From IMG/VR virus record IMGVR_UViG_3300012147_000001, positions 8,004 through 72,003 of that record: 64,000 nt of DNA. The stretch is one strand, 5' to 3'. This document shows, piece by piece, positions 46,959-56,702 of the stretch; position 1 is the stretch's first letter; every line of letters begins with the position of its first letter. The DNA comes from a virus. The translations under genes were made by a program, and so were the position numbers. The notes beneath the pieces were generated by a model. It was not told where the DNA came from. It saw only the letters and a program-made list of their open reading frames with translations, and did no database searches.

Positions 46959-47396
46959 ATGAGTTTTAGTGAGTTTGGATTTGGAGAAACTACTTTTTCA
47001 AATGACCTTTCATCAGGTGCTACTTCACCAGTGTCCAACCAGTTTGTCTTGGCTCATGGTATTGTTGGTTCACTAACAAGAAACTTTACTTTAAACAATG
47101 CAATAATTAACGGTGTTGAAAAAGATTTAATACTTAATAATGTTCTTAACGGTATTGCAGTAAGAGACTTTATTTTACTTAATTCTTTAGAACAAGGTAT
47201 ATCTAAAACATTAGTACTTAATAATAGTATTGTAGGTGGTTTAGTTAAAAACCTCACATTAGACTATGAAACCACAGATAGAATTTTTACAGATTTTGAG
47301 TTGCAATGGACAGTTACACCTAGAATTGACCCTATTGTGATTTACAACAAAATTAGTGTTAAAAAAAGTGCTAAATTACTTAAAATAAGAGGTTAA
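46959..47396 (+). CDS. Virion-associated protein with short repeats
   Basis: About 15-aa repeats (G..(R/K).(F/L).LNN). Confidence 0.6.
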   Translation: MSFSEFGFGETTFSNDLSSGATSPVSNQFVLAHGIVGSLTRNFTLNNAIINGVEKDLILNNVLNGIAVRDFILLNSLEQGISKTLVLNNSIVGGLVKNLTLDYETTDRIFTDFELQWTVTPRIDPIVIYNKISVKKSAKLLKIRG

Positions 47397-47401
47397 TTAA
47401 A

Positions 47402-47893
47402 ATGTCAGTATTATCAACAGATATTAAATTATTTAAATCAGCTAGTGGTGCTGCATTAAGTTTAGGTGGAGCAATAACAGCTACTGAAATTGTTTCAAGC
47501 ACCTTAAACAACTTATTTGATATTGTTTCTTCAACTGAATCTAGAGATGGTGATATTGAGTATCGTTGTTTTTATGTAAGAAACACAAACACATCTTTTA
47601 CTTTACAAGCTGCTGCTATTCAAATTGTTTCTGATACAGCAAGTTTAACTACACGTATTGCAATTGGTTTGGGTAGTTCTTTTGTTGGTGGTGTTGAACA
47701 ATCTGTAGCAGATGAAGAAACTGCACCTATTGGAGTAACTTTTACAAACGTAGAAGGAAATGTTTTAAATATTGGAAATATTCCACCAAATTCTTTTAAA
47801 GCTGTTTGGGTAAGAAGAACAGTGAATGCTGGTACTGCTGCTGCAACAAGTGATGCAAGTACTTTAAGAATTACTGGCGAAACTACCGCTTAA
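47402..47893 (+). CDS. Putative tail-associated protein
   Basis: SLGGAI, NNLFD.VS..E...G..EYRCFY.RN, AVWVRR. Confidence 0.6.
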   Translation: MSVLSTDIKLFKSASGAALSLGGAITATEIVSSTLNNLFDIVSSTESRDGDIEYRCFYVRNTNTSFTLQAAAIQIVSDTASLTTRIAIGLGSSFVGGVEQSVADEETAPIGVTFTNVEGNVLNIGNIPPNSFKAVWVRRTVNAGTAAATSDASTLRITGETTA

Positions 47894-47905
47894 GTGGAGT
47901 AAAAA

Positions 47906-49690
47906 ATGGCATTTTCATTAAGCGGTTCAACAATTACACAGACAGGAACAGACACCTCTCTCGATGGTATTGAATTATTATCGGGCGTTACTCGCATAAC
48001 AGCTAGTGGTCTTAGTTTTTACATTTTAAATACTCGAACTATTCGTGTAGAAGGAACTTTAAGTATTGACCCTGAAATAGAGTCAATGATATTTATAAAT
48101 TACGGAAATGGTATTACATTTGATGTAAGAAGTGGAGGTGTTTGTAATTTTGGACGAGAAATAGATATTGGTGCATCAGTAAACCGATTTAGTTCAGGCA
48201 CTATAGCGTTGTTTACAAGAAACAGCGATAGCGAATTTGATGAAAATCGTTCAGACCTTTACGTTAGAGGTGGTGGTACGCTAAATTGGTATGGTGGTAC
48301 TGTAATATCTAAACGTATTTTTGCAATTTACGGAACACTTAATACTTTTTCTCAAAACTGTGAATACATAAATCAACATACAGGAGAAACACAAATACGA
48401 CAACGTTCAAACACTACTAACGTACAAGGTCTAGTTACTAGGGGATGTTTTTTAACACTTATTAATAACCCTGTCGCTTGGAATGGGTGGAAACCGTTTG
48501 ATACTCTTAACCAAGCAATATCATCTTCAAATTCTACACCAGATAGGGTTTGGTTAACACTAGCAGGGTTTGACCCATCAGGTGTAGCAGGACAACAAAT
48601 TGCTTTTTGGTCTGACGTGTGGATTAGATTAATAAATAACGCAATAGGTATGTCATTAGTTGCAGGTGGTAATAATGACGGTGGTGCAAATAGTGGTATT
48701 TATGAAATACGTCAAAAAGTAGCTATAACTACTAAAAATCTTGCAGGTGAAAACTTAAATGCTAAGTATTTTACCAAAGATTTTGATAATGGTAATCGTG
48801 TAGACACCCAAATAAATAACAACCCAACTACAATTCCAGATAGAATTTACTCTGGTATAACAACTGACGGTGTAGCTACAATAGATGATGACGGTGGAGT
48901 TTTAATTGGTGTTATATGGCGCGATATTGGCGGTGGTAGTAGATTTCAAAATGTCGAATACGATTATCGCTGTAGAGCAAATAATGATAGTGACGTATTC
49001 ACCTTTTTATTTTGTGAATATAATTATTTATTACAGCAAGCTGATTATGTAATGAAGAGCACTACACCTATTAACGTAAATAGAGTGTTTTTTATAGACA
49101 GGTCACTAACAGAAATATCAAAAACAATTGTAGATGTTTACTCTACTATTGATAATGCTAACCAGTTCTATGATAGAGCCAAGTCATTCCTGTTCGATAA
49201 CTTTGCAGGTGAGAGCGAAACAATAGTCAATCGGTCAGGAACATTGATTGATGCTGGTAGTAACAACATTATCATTGATGCCACAACAGGTTCAGCGTTT
49301 GCTTACGATGGTTCAACTATCACAATCAAAGCATCAAACTTTGTGGGTGACTTGCTAACTACAGGCTTAATTACGTTTAGTAATGGCTCAACAATAAGTG
49401 GCACATACACAGATACTAACGGCACAGTAGCGCCTAGCGCACAGCTAACCGTAGCAGTGAATCAAATTGGTTGTGATGTTGTAATACTAGAGTCAGGAAC
49501 AGATACAGTGTTAGCAAGTGTAGATGCTCAAGCAGGTAACAGTTTTGTGTGGAATTATTCAGGAGCACAGCTCATAGATGTTGGAATAATTAAACAAGGA
49601 TTTGTAGTAAATTATACTTACGGTTTTCAGTTAACTGGTGCAAGTACTACGTTGCCAGTTACATTAATAGTTGATAGAAATTATTCATAA
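47906..49690 (+). CDS. Putative structural beta-rich (possibly beta-helix) protein
   Basis: Beta-rich composition; late operon. Confidence 0.55.
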   Translation: MAFSLSGSTITQTGTDTSLDGIELLSGVTRITASGLSFYILNTRTIRVEGTLSIDPEIESMIFINYGNGITFDVRSGGVCNFGREIDIGASVNRFSSGTIALFTRNSDSEFDENRSDLYVRGGGTLNWYGGTVISKRIFAIYGTLNTFSQNCEYINQHTGETQIRQRSNTTNVQGLVTRGCFLTLINNPVAWNGWKPFDTLNQAISSSNSTPDRVWLTLAGFDPSGVAGQQIAFWSDVWIRLINNAIGMSLVAGGNNDGGANSGIYEIRQKVAITTKNLAGENLNAKYFTKDFDNGNRVDTQINNNPTTIPDRIYSGITTDGVATIDDDGGVLIGVIWRDIGGGSRFQNVEYDYRCRANNDSDVFTFLFCEYNYLLQQADYVMKSTTPINVNRVFFIDRSLTEISKTIVDVYSTIDNANQFYDRAKSFLFDNFAGESETIVNRSGTLIDAGSNNIIIDATTGSAFAYDGSTITIKASNFVGDLLTTGLITFSNGSTISGTYTDTNGTVAPSAQLTVAVNQIGCDVVILESGTDTVLASVDAQAGNSFVWNYSGAQLIDVGIIKQGFVVNYTYGFQLTGASTTLPVTLIVDRNYS

Positions 49691-49701
49691 AGGGTTTTAA
49701 A

Positions 49702-51048
49702 ATGGCTAAAATAACTAGTAGAGCAGGTCTTAACGTAGGTACTGAAATTATAATTAATGAAGCTAATAAAACTTTTTCATTAGTTGAAGCAGGTAATCTC
49801 AATGCTAAAGATGGTGTAACAATTCAAGCAATTTACAGTAAGTTTGTTGACCTTTGGGCTACAGCAACATACCAAGATTCACCTTTTCCAATGAACGCAC
49901 TAGATGCATTATCTGGTCAGTATTTAATAGGTATTGATGCAGGTGGTAATGCAAACGGCTGGAGACCACTTAACGATACTACTCGTCAAATAATGCGAGA
50001 TGGTGGTTGGGAAGAGTACGATGAAAATGGAGTACTATTAAGAGTTTATGCTGGTTTAGTTGGATTAGGAAGTGTTAGTGCTGGTGCTCAATTGTATTAC
50101 CAAACAGAGCCAACTAGTGCTCCTGTTAATTTTACTTTTGAAGACCAAGCAAACGAAGGTATACAAGTATTTGGTAACGCTGCTAACGGAAATTTTGATA
50201 ATCGCACATTCTTTAAAACATTTGTTCGAGAGCAAGGTAAAAGTTTTAGTGATTCTGTATTAGCAGACACAGGTAAAACAACTACTGGCGCATTTATAGT
50301 TAACATGCTTTTAAGTAATTCAGATGATTTAAAAATATCTGATTTAGATAGTGAAATGACTAACGCACCTTATAATAATATTACTGTTGAATATTTTGCT
50401 AGTAATCAGTCTCGTACAATTGGTGGAGTAGCTTACAACTTTGATGTAATTATTGATGGTAATAATGCAACTCTTGAAGAGATTTACACAAAAACACAGT
50501 TTTTGTTGCGTCAAAGTACTGATATTGATTCTGGTGCTGGTACTGTTATTGGTCAAACAGCAGATTTACTTTGTCAATTTGTAGGAGAGACATTACAAAC
50601 TACTAGTGGAGTGTTTATAGATAATATTCAATCTGCTGATAGTAACCGTATTATATTTAATGATGTTACTGGTACTGATAGAATAAATCCTTTTGAATCG
50701 TCAGGAGTGTTAAACTTTAACGCTATACTTGTTGGTGCTGGTTCTAGTTATAGATTAATGTACACTGCACCCGCAGGTACAGGAAACGATTACGGAGAAG
50801 CTGGAGCTATTACCGTTAATGATGCTAGTGGTAGTCCTATTACTGGAATTATTTCTTCTGGTTCAATTGGATTTACATTTGATTTTGATGGAGATGCTGT
50901 TGGTGGAACTGCTGGCACTGATAAAGTAGTAACATTGATTGGTATTCGTCCTAACAGTTCTAAATTTGCAGTTGCTGAAGGTTTGTTAAATCGTTCTAAA
51001 GGTATAACTTTATCTTTAGTTGCAGAAGCAGATAGAGCTTATTTGTAA
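49702..51048 (+). CDS. Putative structural protein
   Basis: DGVT.QA.YSK..DLW...FPM motif; late operon. Confidence 0.6.
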   Translation: MAKITSRAGLNVGTEIIINEANKTFSLVEAGNLNAKDGVTIQAIYSKFVDLWATATYQDSPFPMNALDALSGQYLIGIDAGGNANGWRPLNDTTRQIMRDGGWEEYDENGVLLRVYAGLVGLGSVSAGAQLYYQTEPTSAPVNFTFEDQANEGIQVFGNAANGNFDNRTFFKTFVREQGKSFSDSVLADTGKTTTGAFIVNMLLSNSDDLKISDLDSEMTNAPYNNITVEYFASNQSRTIGGVAYNFDVIIDGNNATLEEIYTKTQFLLRQSTDIDSGAGTVIGQTADLLCQFVGETLQTTSGVFIDNIQSADSNRIIFNDVTGTDRINPFESSGVLNFNAILVGAGSSYRLMYTAPAGTGNDYGEAGAITVNDASGSPITGIISSGSIGFTFDFDGDAVGGTAGTDKVVTLIGIRPNSSKFAVAEGLLNRSKGITLSLVAEADRAYL

Positions 51049-51056
51049 GGTAAAAA

Positions 51057-52961
51057 ATGATTACTTTTGACCCTATTAATAAGATTATTCAATTAGACAG
51101 ACTTAACGTGTCTGAGCGAGAGATATGGACAGCTTATGTAGATTGGGCTGTTCTTAGCGACAATTTAAAATATGGGGTTGGTTTAACTCAATTAGGAGGA
51201 AATGCTCCTGTTGCTTTATATGTTTATTTGGATTTAGGTTGGAAAATTAGACCTATAGAAGCTGATGGTGTAACTAACATTACAGGTAATTTACTTACTG
51301 AAGATGGTTCTTCACCTGTTACAGCTACTATAGGTAATTTTAATATTTTAGTTAATTTAGTTACACCTGTACAAGCTTCAGCAATAGAAGTTGGTGGAGG
51401 TACTCAACTTAGTCAAGTACTAGCTGCTATTAATGCATTAAACAATTTTAACCCAGTTACTGATGTAGTTAGTAAAGTATCTTTAGTAGATGTAACTACT
51501 GACCTTACTAATGGTTCTTCAGGCGGCTCTAATGGAGCTACAGCAGCAGAAATAGTTGCAGCAATGCAAGACGTAGCAGATGACTTTAAAGCTGATGTGA
51601 GTAACCTATCAGTTGATTTAACACCAGTTCAAAATGTAGTAAATGCAATATTACAAGACACAGACGAATTACAAAGTAATCAAGGTGATTGGGTTACAGG
51701 ACAAGGAACAAATGATGCTGTTACTTCATTAGAAATTGCTAATTTACGTATTGAGTTATTAGGAGAACATAATGCAACTCAACAAGTATTAAGTAATTAC
51801 GCTATAGACTTAGCTCCTATTCAAACAACAGTTGACGCTATATTAGTAGATACTAATGAATTACAACAAAACCAAGGAAATTGGATAACAGCTACTGGTT
51901 TCTTAACTAACTCATTAATGACTAATCTTTACAACAATCTTGTAAATAAACACAATCAAACACAATTAATGATAGACAACATTAATATACCAGCATCCTT
52001 TACTATTGTTGAATTGCACGATGGATTAAATAGCTATACAAACAAAAATGCATATAAAGCTGATGTAAGTACTTTAAGTAATAATGTAAACGTAGTAAGA
52101 GTTAATGGTGTAACAGTAACTGATATTAATGATTTTAAAGCTGACGTTAGTAGTTTACCAATTAATTTAACTCCTGTTTTAGATGCAATAACAGCTCTTA
52201 ATAATTTTGACCCTGCTAACGATACTGTAGCAAGAGTTACATTAGTAGATACTACAACAGTAAATACTGATATGAGAGGTACTGATAACGCTAATACTGT
52301 AGAACCAGACAATGTTAGTATTGCAAGTATTTTAGAAGACACTAGTGAGCTTCAGTTAAATCAGGATAATTGGTTAACTGCAACAGGGTTTAGCACACAC
52401 AATGAAGATGATGTAGTAACTAGTATGCAAATAGTTGCTGATGATTTTAAAGCTAATGTTAATAATATAACAATAGACACTAGTAGCATTGTTAATCAAT
52501 TAAACGGTCAAATACTTGACTCAATTAAAGGTTTAGGAATACAAGCTCCACCACCTGCATATACACAAAATTTTGCGGTTACAGCAGACGGTTCTGTAAT
52601 ATTAGAAGCACCTAATCCTGAAAGCGTAAGTACTGATACGGAAAATGAAATGAAAAATTATACTTATAGAGATGTTGCTGGTTTACACTGGCCTGATGCT
52701 AGTGCAGGTGAAGATACTTACTACGCTATTGATTTAACTGGTATTGGATTAGATGAAGGTGACACTGTTACTTCTGTTGATTGGGTTTTACCTAATACAA
52801 TTACTTCTTCTGACAGTTATCTTAATAGTGATGCTAGTGAAGCACATGTTAAACTGGCAACACCCACTTCAGGTACGTACAGAATTTGGGGCGAAATTAA
52901 CAGCACTGATTTAAGTAAAACATCTAAAAATCGTGTACGTATTATATTAAAAGTAGTTTGA
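51057..52961 (+). CDS. Putative fibre-like structural protein with internal repeats
   Basis: IL.DT.ELQ.NQ..W.T x3, ALNNF.P..D.V..V.LVD.TT x2, (F/Y)KA(D/N)V x4. Confidence 0.65.
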   Translation: MITFDPINKIIQLDRLNVSEREIWTAYVDWAVLSDNLKYGVGLTQLGGNAPVALYVYLDLGWKIRPIEADGVTNITGNLLTEDGSSPVTATIGNFNILVNLVTPVQASAIEVGGGTQLSQVLAAINALNNFNPVTDVVSKVSLVDVTTDLTNGSSGGSNGATAAEIVAAMQDVADDFKADVSNLSVDLTPVQNVVNAILQDTDELQSNQGDWVTGQGTNDAVTSLEIANLRIELLGEHNATQQVLSNYAIDLAPIQTTVDAILVDTNELQQNQGNWITATGFLTNSLMTNLYNNLVNKHNQTQLMIDNINIPASFTIVELHDGLNSYTNKNAYKADVSTLSNNVNVVRVNGVTVTDINDFKADVSSLPINLTPVLDAITALNNFDPANDTVARVTLVDTTTVNTDMRGTDNANTVEPDNVSIASILEDTSELQLNQDNWLTATGFSTHNEDDVVTSMQIVADDFKANVNNITIDTSSIVNQLNGQILDSIKGLGIQAPPPAYTQNFAVTADGSVILEAPNPESVSTDTENEMKNYTYRDVAGLHWPDASAGEDTYYAIDLTGIGLDEGDTVTSVDWVLPNTITSSDSYLNSDASEAHVKLATPTSGTYRIWGEINSTDLSKTSKNRVRIILKVV

Positions 52962-52968
52962 GGTAATT

Positions 52969-55149
52969 ATGCAAAACCAATTAGCCAAAGAGACTAATCA
53001 ACAAGAAGTACAAATAGATGCTCTTGGATTAGAAAATAAATTTGAGAATGATTGGGCTAATCCTCCTACTGTTGCTCAACTTAAACAGGAAATGGAAGAT
53101 GCTATTCCTACCCACAATTTACAAGTTCAAAAAATTGATGCGTGGATTGATAATTTAGAGTCTAAAAAAAAGAAAGTTGATGCTAACAAAAATAAAAAAG
53201 CAAAAACTAAATCAGAGTACAAGCCAAGACTTATACGCAAACAAGCGGAATGGCGTTATCCATCTCTTACTGAACCTTTTTTAAATACTCCTGATATGTT
53301 TGAAGTTAGTCCTACAACACACATGGACAAGCCTCGTGCAATTCAAGCAGGACAAATGATTAACTACCAGTTTAATAACAAAATAAACAAGGTAGATTTT
53401 ATTGATGAATTAATTCGTGCATTAGTAGATGAAGGTACTGCAATAGTTCGTACTGGTTGGGATTATCAAACTAGAACTGAAAGTAGAGAAGTTCCTAAAA
53501 TAATTTATGAAATTACTGATGACCCTCAGTACATTCAAAGATTGCAGCAATTAATACAAGTTAGTCAACAAAACCCTGAAATACTTGACCAACTTAGTGA
53601 AATGGAAAGAACTGCTTTAGAACTTACTATGGAACAAGGTGAACCAGTAATAGGTATTGCTACTGGTGAAATGATACAAGAAGAATACGAGTTTGTAGTA
53701 CGTGATGCACCATCTTTAGAAGTATGTGATTACCGTTCAGTAATTATTGACCCTACTTGCAAAGGTGACATGGAAAAAGCTAACTTTGTAATATATAAAT
53801 TTGAAACCTCTAAGAGTGAATTACAGTCTACTGGTTTGTATAAAAACTTAGATTTAATTAGTCTTGATGATTCCAGCATATTAAAAGAATCTGATGAAAT
53901 TATTGATGAATTAGAAATTAATAATTTTAATTTTAGAGATGAACCACGTAAACGTATTGTGGCTTATGAGTATTGGGGTTTTTGGGATACTAAAGCTGAT
54001 GGTATTGCTAGACCTATTGTTGCTACTTTTGTTGGTAGTGTAATGATTAGACTTGAAGAAAATCCATTTAGTCATGGTAAATTACCATTCGATATTGCAC
54101 GTTTAATGCCAAAACGTAGAGAAACTTATGGTGAGCCAGATGGTGAATTAATTGAAGATAATCAAAAAGTTGTTGGCGCATTGTCTAGAGGTATGATTGA
54201 TTTAATGGCTAAATCTTCTAATGGACAAACAGCTTATGCTAAAGGTTTTTTAGACCCACTAAATCGCAGACGAATGATTAATCAAGAAAGTTATGAATTT
54301 AATCCTCAAGCTCCACCAGACCAAGGAATATTTCAACACAAATACCCAGAAATACCTGCTAGTGCATACAACTTAGTTCAGATGCATCAAAACGAAGCAG
54401 AGAGCTTTACTGGTGTAAAAGCATTCGGACAAGGACTTAACGGGGATTCTCTTGGCTCAAGTGTAGGAGGTATACGTTCTGCTTTAGATGCAGCAGGTAA
54501 ACGTGAGATGTCAATTTTAAGAAGAATTGTTGCTTGTATGAATCGTGTAGGTAAAAAGATTCTTGCAATGAATGCACAATTTCTTGATGGCACACAATTT
54601 GTAAGATTAACAGACGAAAACTTTGTTGAAATTAACCCAGATGATATTACTGGAGAGTTTGATTTAGTATTAGATATTAGTACCGCAGAAGCAGACAATG
54701 AAAAAGCTTCTGAGTTAGCTTTTATGCTACAAACTATGGGTAACAATGCACCATTTGAAGTTACTAAAATGTTGTTAATGGACATTGCTAGATTACGTAA
54801 ACTACCTAATTTAGTTAAAAAATTAGAAGAATGGAGTCCACAGCCTGACCCAATGGCTGAACAGATGAAGCAAATCGAAATGAAAATTAGAATGGCTGAA
54901 GCTGTTGAAATGGAAACTAGAGCTAAGAAAAATCTAGCACAAGCAGAAAGAGATTTAGCAAATGCTCGTAAGATTGGTTCTGATGCTGACATGAAAGATT
55001 TAGATTTTGTTGAACAAGAATCTGGTACTAAACATGAACGTGATAGAGATTTAATGAGCCAACAATCTGAAGGTAATATTAAACATGCGTTAGTAAAAAA
55101 TCAGTTAGAAATGCAACGAGATAAAGAAAAGAGTAGAAATACTGTTTAA
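52969..55149 (+). CDS. Portal protein (N4 gp59-like)
   Basis: W.NPPT..LK, P.LIRKQAEWRY..L.EPFL, ELAFMLQTMGN, DLDFVEQESGTKH.R. Confidence 0.93.
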   Translation: MQNQLAKETNQQEVQIDALGLENKFENDWANPPTVAQLKQEMEDAIPTHNLQVQKIDAWIDNLESKKKKVDANKNKKAKTKSEYKPRLIRKQAEWRYPSLTEPFLNTPDMFEVSPTTHMDKPRAIQAGQMINYQFNNKINKVDFIDELIRALVDEGTAIVRTGWDYQTRTESREVPKIIYEITDDPQYIQRLQQLIQVSQQNPEILDQLSEMERTALELTMEQGEPVIGIATGEMIQEEYEFVVRDAPSLEVCDYRSVIIDPTCKGDMEKANFVIYKFETSKSELQSTGLYKNLDLISLDDSSILKESDEIIDELEINNFNFRDEPRKRIVAYEYWGFWDTKADGIARPIVATFVGSVMIRLEENPFSHGKLPFDIARLMPKRRETYGEPDGELIEDNQKVVGALSRGMIDLMAKSSNGQTAYAKGFLDPLNRRRMINQESYEFNPQAPPDQGIFQHKYPEIPASAYNLVQMHQNEAESFTGVKAFGQGLNGDSLGSSVGGIRSALDAAGKREMSILRRIVACMNRVGKKILAMNAQFLDGTQFVRLTDENFVEINPDDITGEFDLVLDISTAEADNEKASELAFMLQTMGNNAPFEVTKMLLMDIARLRKLPNLVKKLEEWSPQPDPMAEQMKQIEMKIRMAEAVEMETRAKKNLAQAERDLANARKIGSDADMKDLDFVEQESGTKHERDRDLMSQQSEGNIKHALVKNQLEMQRDKEKSRNTV

Positions 55150-55202
55150 AATGGTTAATATAGTCAATGTGATTACACTATATTAACTAATTAAGGAATC
55201 AA

Positions 55203-55532
55203 ATGTCTGAACAAACTGAAATAGAAGTTACTGTTGAAGCTCTTAAAAATGATGTGTCTATTAGAGACAGTCTTTATCGTTTACTAAGTAACGAAGATTT
55301 TAAAGTTTTAGTAATAGAAGGTTATTTAAAAAATGAAGCAGTACGTAATACTAAAATATTAGGTGATGCAAACATTCGTGCTAATCAAAGAGCTTTTGAT
55401 TCAACTATTGATGAACTTAAAGCTATTGGTTTACTAGATAACCATTTTCGTACCATTGAGATTGTAGGTAATAAAGCTGAAGAAGATTTAGCTGCTTACG
55501 AAAAAATGGAACTAGAAGACGATTTGGAGTAA
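55203..55532 (+). CDS. N4 gp58-like protein
   Basis: L.RL..N.DFK....EGY...EA.R; synteny. Confidence 0.75.
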   Translation: MSEQTEIEVTVEALKNDVSIRDSLYRLLSNEDFKVLVIEGYLKNEAVRNTKILGDANIRANQRAFDSTIDELKAIGLLDNHFRTIEIVGNKAEEDLAAYEKMELEDDLE

Positions 55533-55538
55533 TAAAGT

Positions 55539-56690
55539 ATGTCTGAAGACAACAACACAGAAAATACTCAAGAACCAGATTTTCTAAATTTGTCGGATGA
55601 TGAATTTGAAAGATTTGGTTTATATCCTCCTGAATCTCCTGCTTCTGAAGACGTAGAAGAATCTTCTGATAATACCGAACAAGAAGATACTTTAAACGAA
55701 GAAGAACAAAGTGACGAATCTGAAGTTGAGTCCAACCAAGGCGAAGCCGAAGGTTTGGACGTAAACGAAGGTGAGGAAACTGACCAAGAAGAATTAGATA
55801 CTGAAACTTCTGATAATGAAGAAGAAGACAGCACTGACGATGAACCTGAATCAATAAAAGCTAGTGCTTTTTATAAAGCATTAACAGCACCTATTAAAGC
55901 TAATGGTAAAATGGTGTCAGTAACTAGTCCAGAAGAAGCTATAAAGCTTATTCAAAAAGGATTAGGTTACAATGCTGAAATGGTTAAGTTAAAACCAGCT
56001 AAACAGATGTTAAAGACATTAGAGCAAAACAAAATGCTCAACAATGAGTCTATAACACTTGCTGTAGATTTACTGTCAGGTAATACTGATGCATTAATCA
56101 AGTTAATGAAAGATAAAGGGATAGACCCTCTAGAACTTGATGTTAGTACAGAAAAAGAGTATAAAGCAGTTAGTCGTATTGCATCAGAGGAGTCTGTGCA
56201 GTTTGACGATGTAATAAACAGTATTAAAGATAGTAGCTATTTTGATAGTACTGTTGAACAGGTTCAGAAATGGGATAAAAAGAGTCAAACTTCGATTGCA
56301 CAAGACCCGCGCTTAATTGCACAATTAAATGCTCAAATGGAAAATGGTATTTATAAGCAAATTAAATCGGAACTTGATAGACAACAAGCACTGGACTCTG
56401 AAACTATATCTGGATTATCAGATTTAGAAGCTTACGTTGCAGTAGGTCGCTTAATGACCCAAAATGGCAGCTTAGTAGTTCCTAACGCGCAAGGAACAGC
56501 AAGTACTAGTCAAGTTGGTAAACAAGTACAACCACGAGCAGATAGTAGAACAAATCTAAAAACTCAAAGTAAGAAGAAAGGTGCAGGACTTCCTAGAAGC
56601 AAACCAGCACAAAAAGATTCTTCTAATGAAATAAACGCATTAGCTATGTCAGACGAAGAATTTGACAAATTATTAGCTAAGTTTACTTAA
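55539..56690 (+). CDS. N4 gp57-like acidic protein (probable scaffold)
   Basis: Acidic N-terminus, P.KANGK, LAMSDEEF C-terminus; precedes MCP. Confidence 0.82.
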   Translation: MSEDNNTENTQEPDFLNLSDDEFERFGLYPPESPASEDVEESSDNTEQEDTLNEEEQSDESEVESNQGEAEGLDVNEGEETDQEELDTETSDNEEEDSTDDEPESIKASAFYKALTAPIKANGKMVSVTSPEEAIKLIQKGLGYNAEMVKLKPAKQMLKTLEQNKMLNNESITLAVDLLSGNTDALIKLMKDKGIDPLELDVSTEKEYKAVSRIASEESVQFDDVINSIKDSSYFDSTVEQVQKWDKKSQTSIAQDPRLIAQLNAQMENGIYKQIKSELDRQQALDSETISGLSDLEAYVAVGRLMTQNGSLVVPNAQGTASTSQVGKQVQPRADSRTNLKTQSKKKGAGLPRSKPAQKDSSNEINALAMSDEEFDKLLAKFT

Positions 56691-56702
56691 GGTTTTTTAA
56701 TT

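Noticed and set aside
54387-54992. 201-aa antisense ORF, and similar shadow ORFs such as 4479..4931, 39441..39866 and 55423..55854
   Set aside because: They overlap well-supported genes and have no motifs of their own
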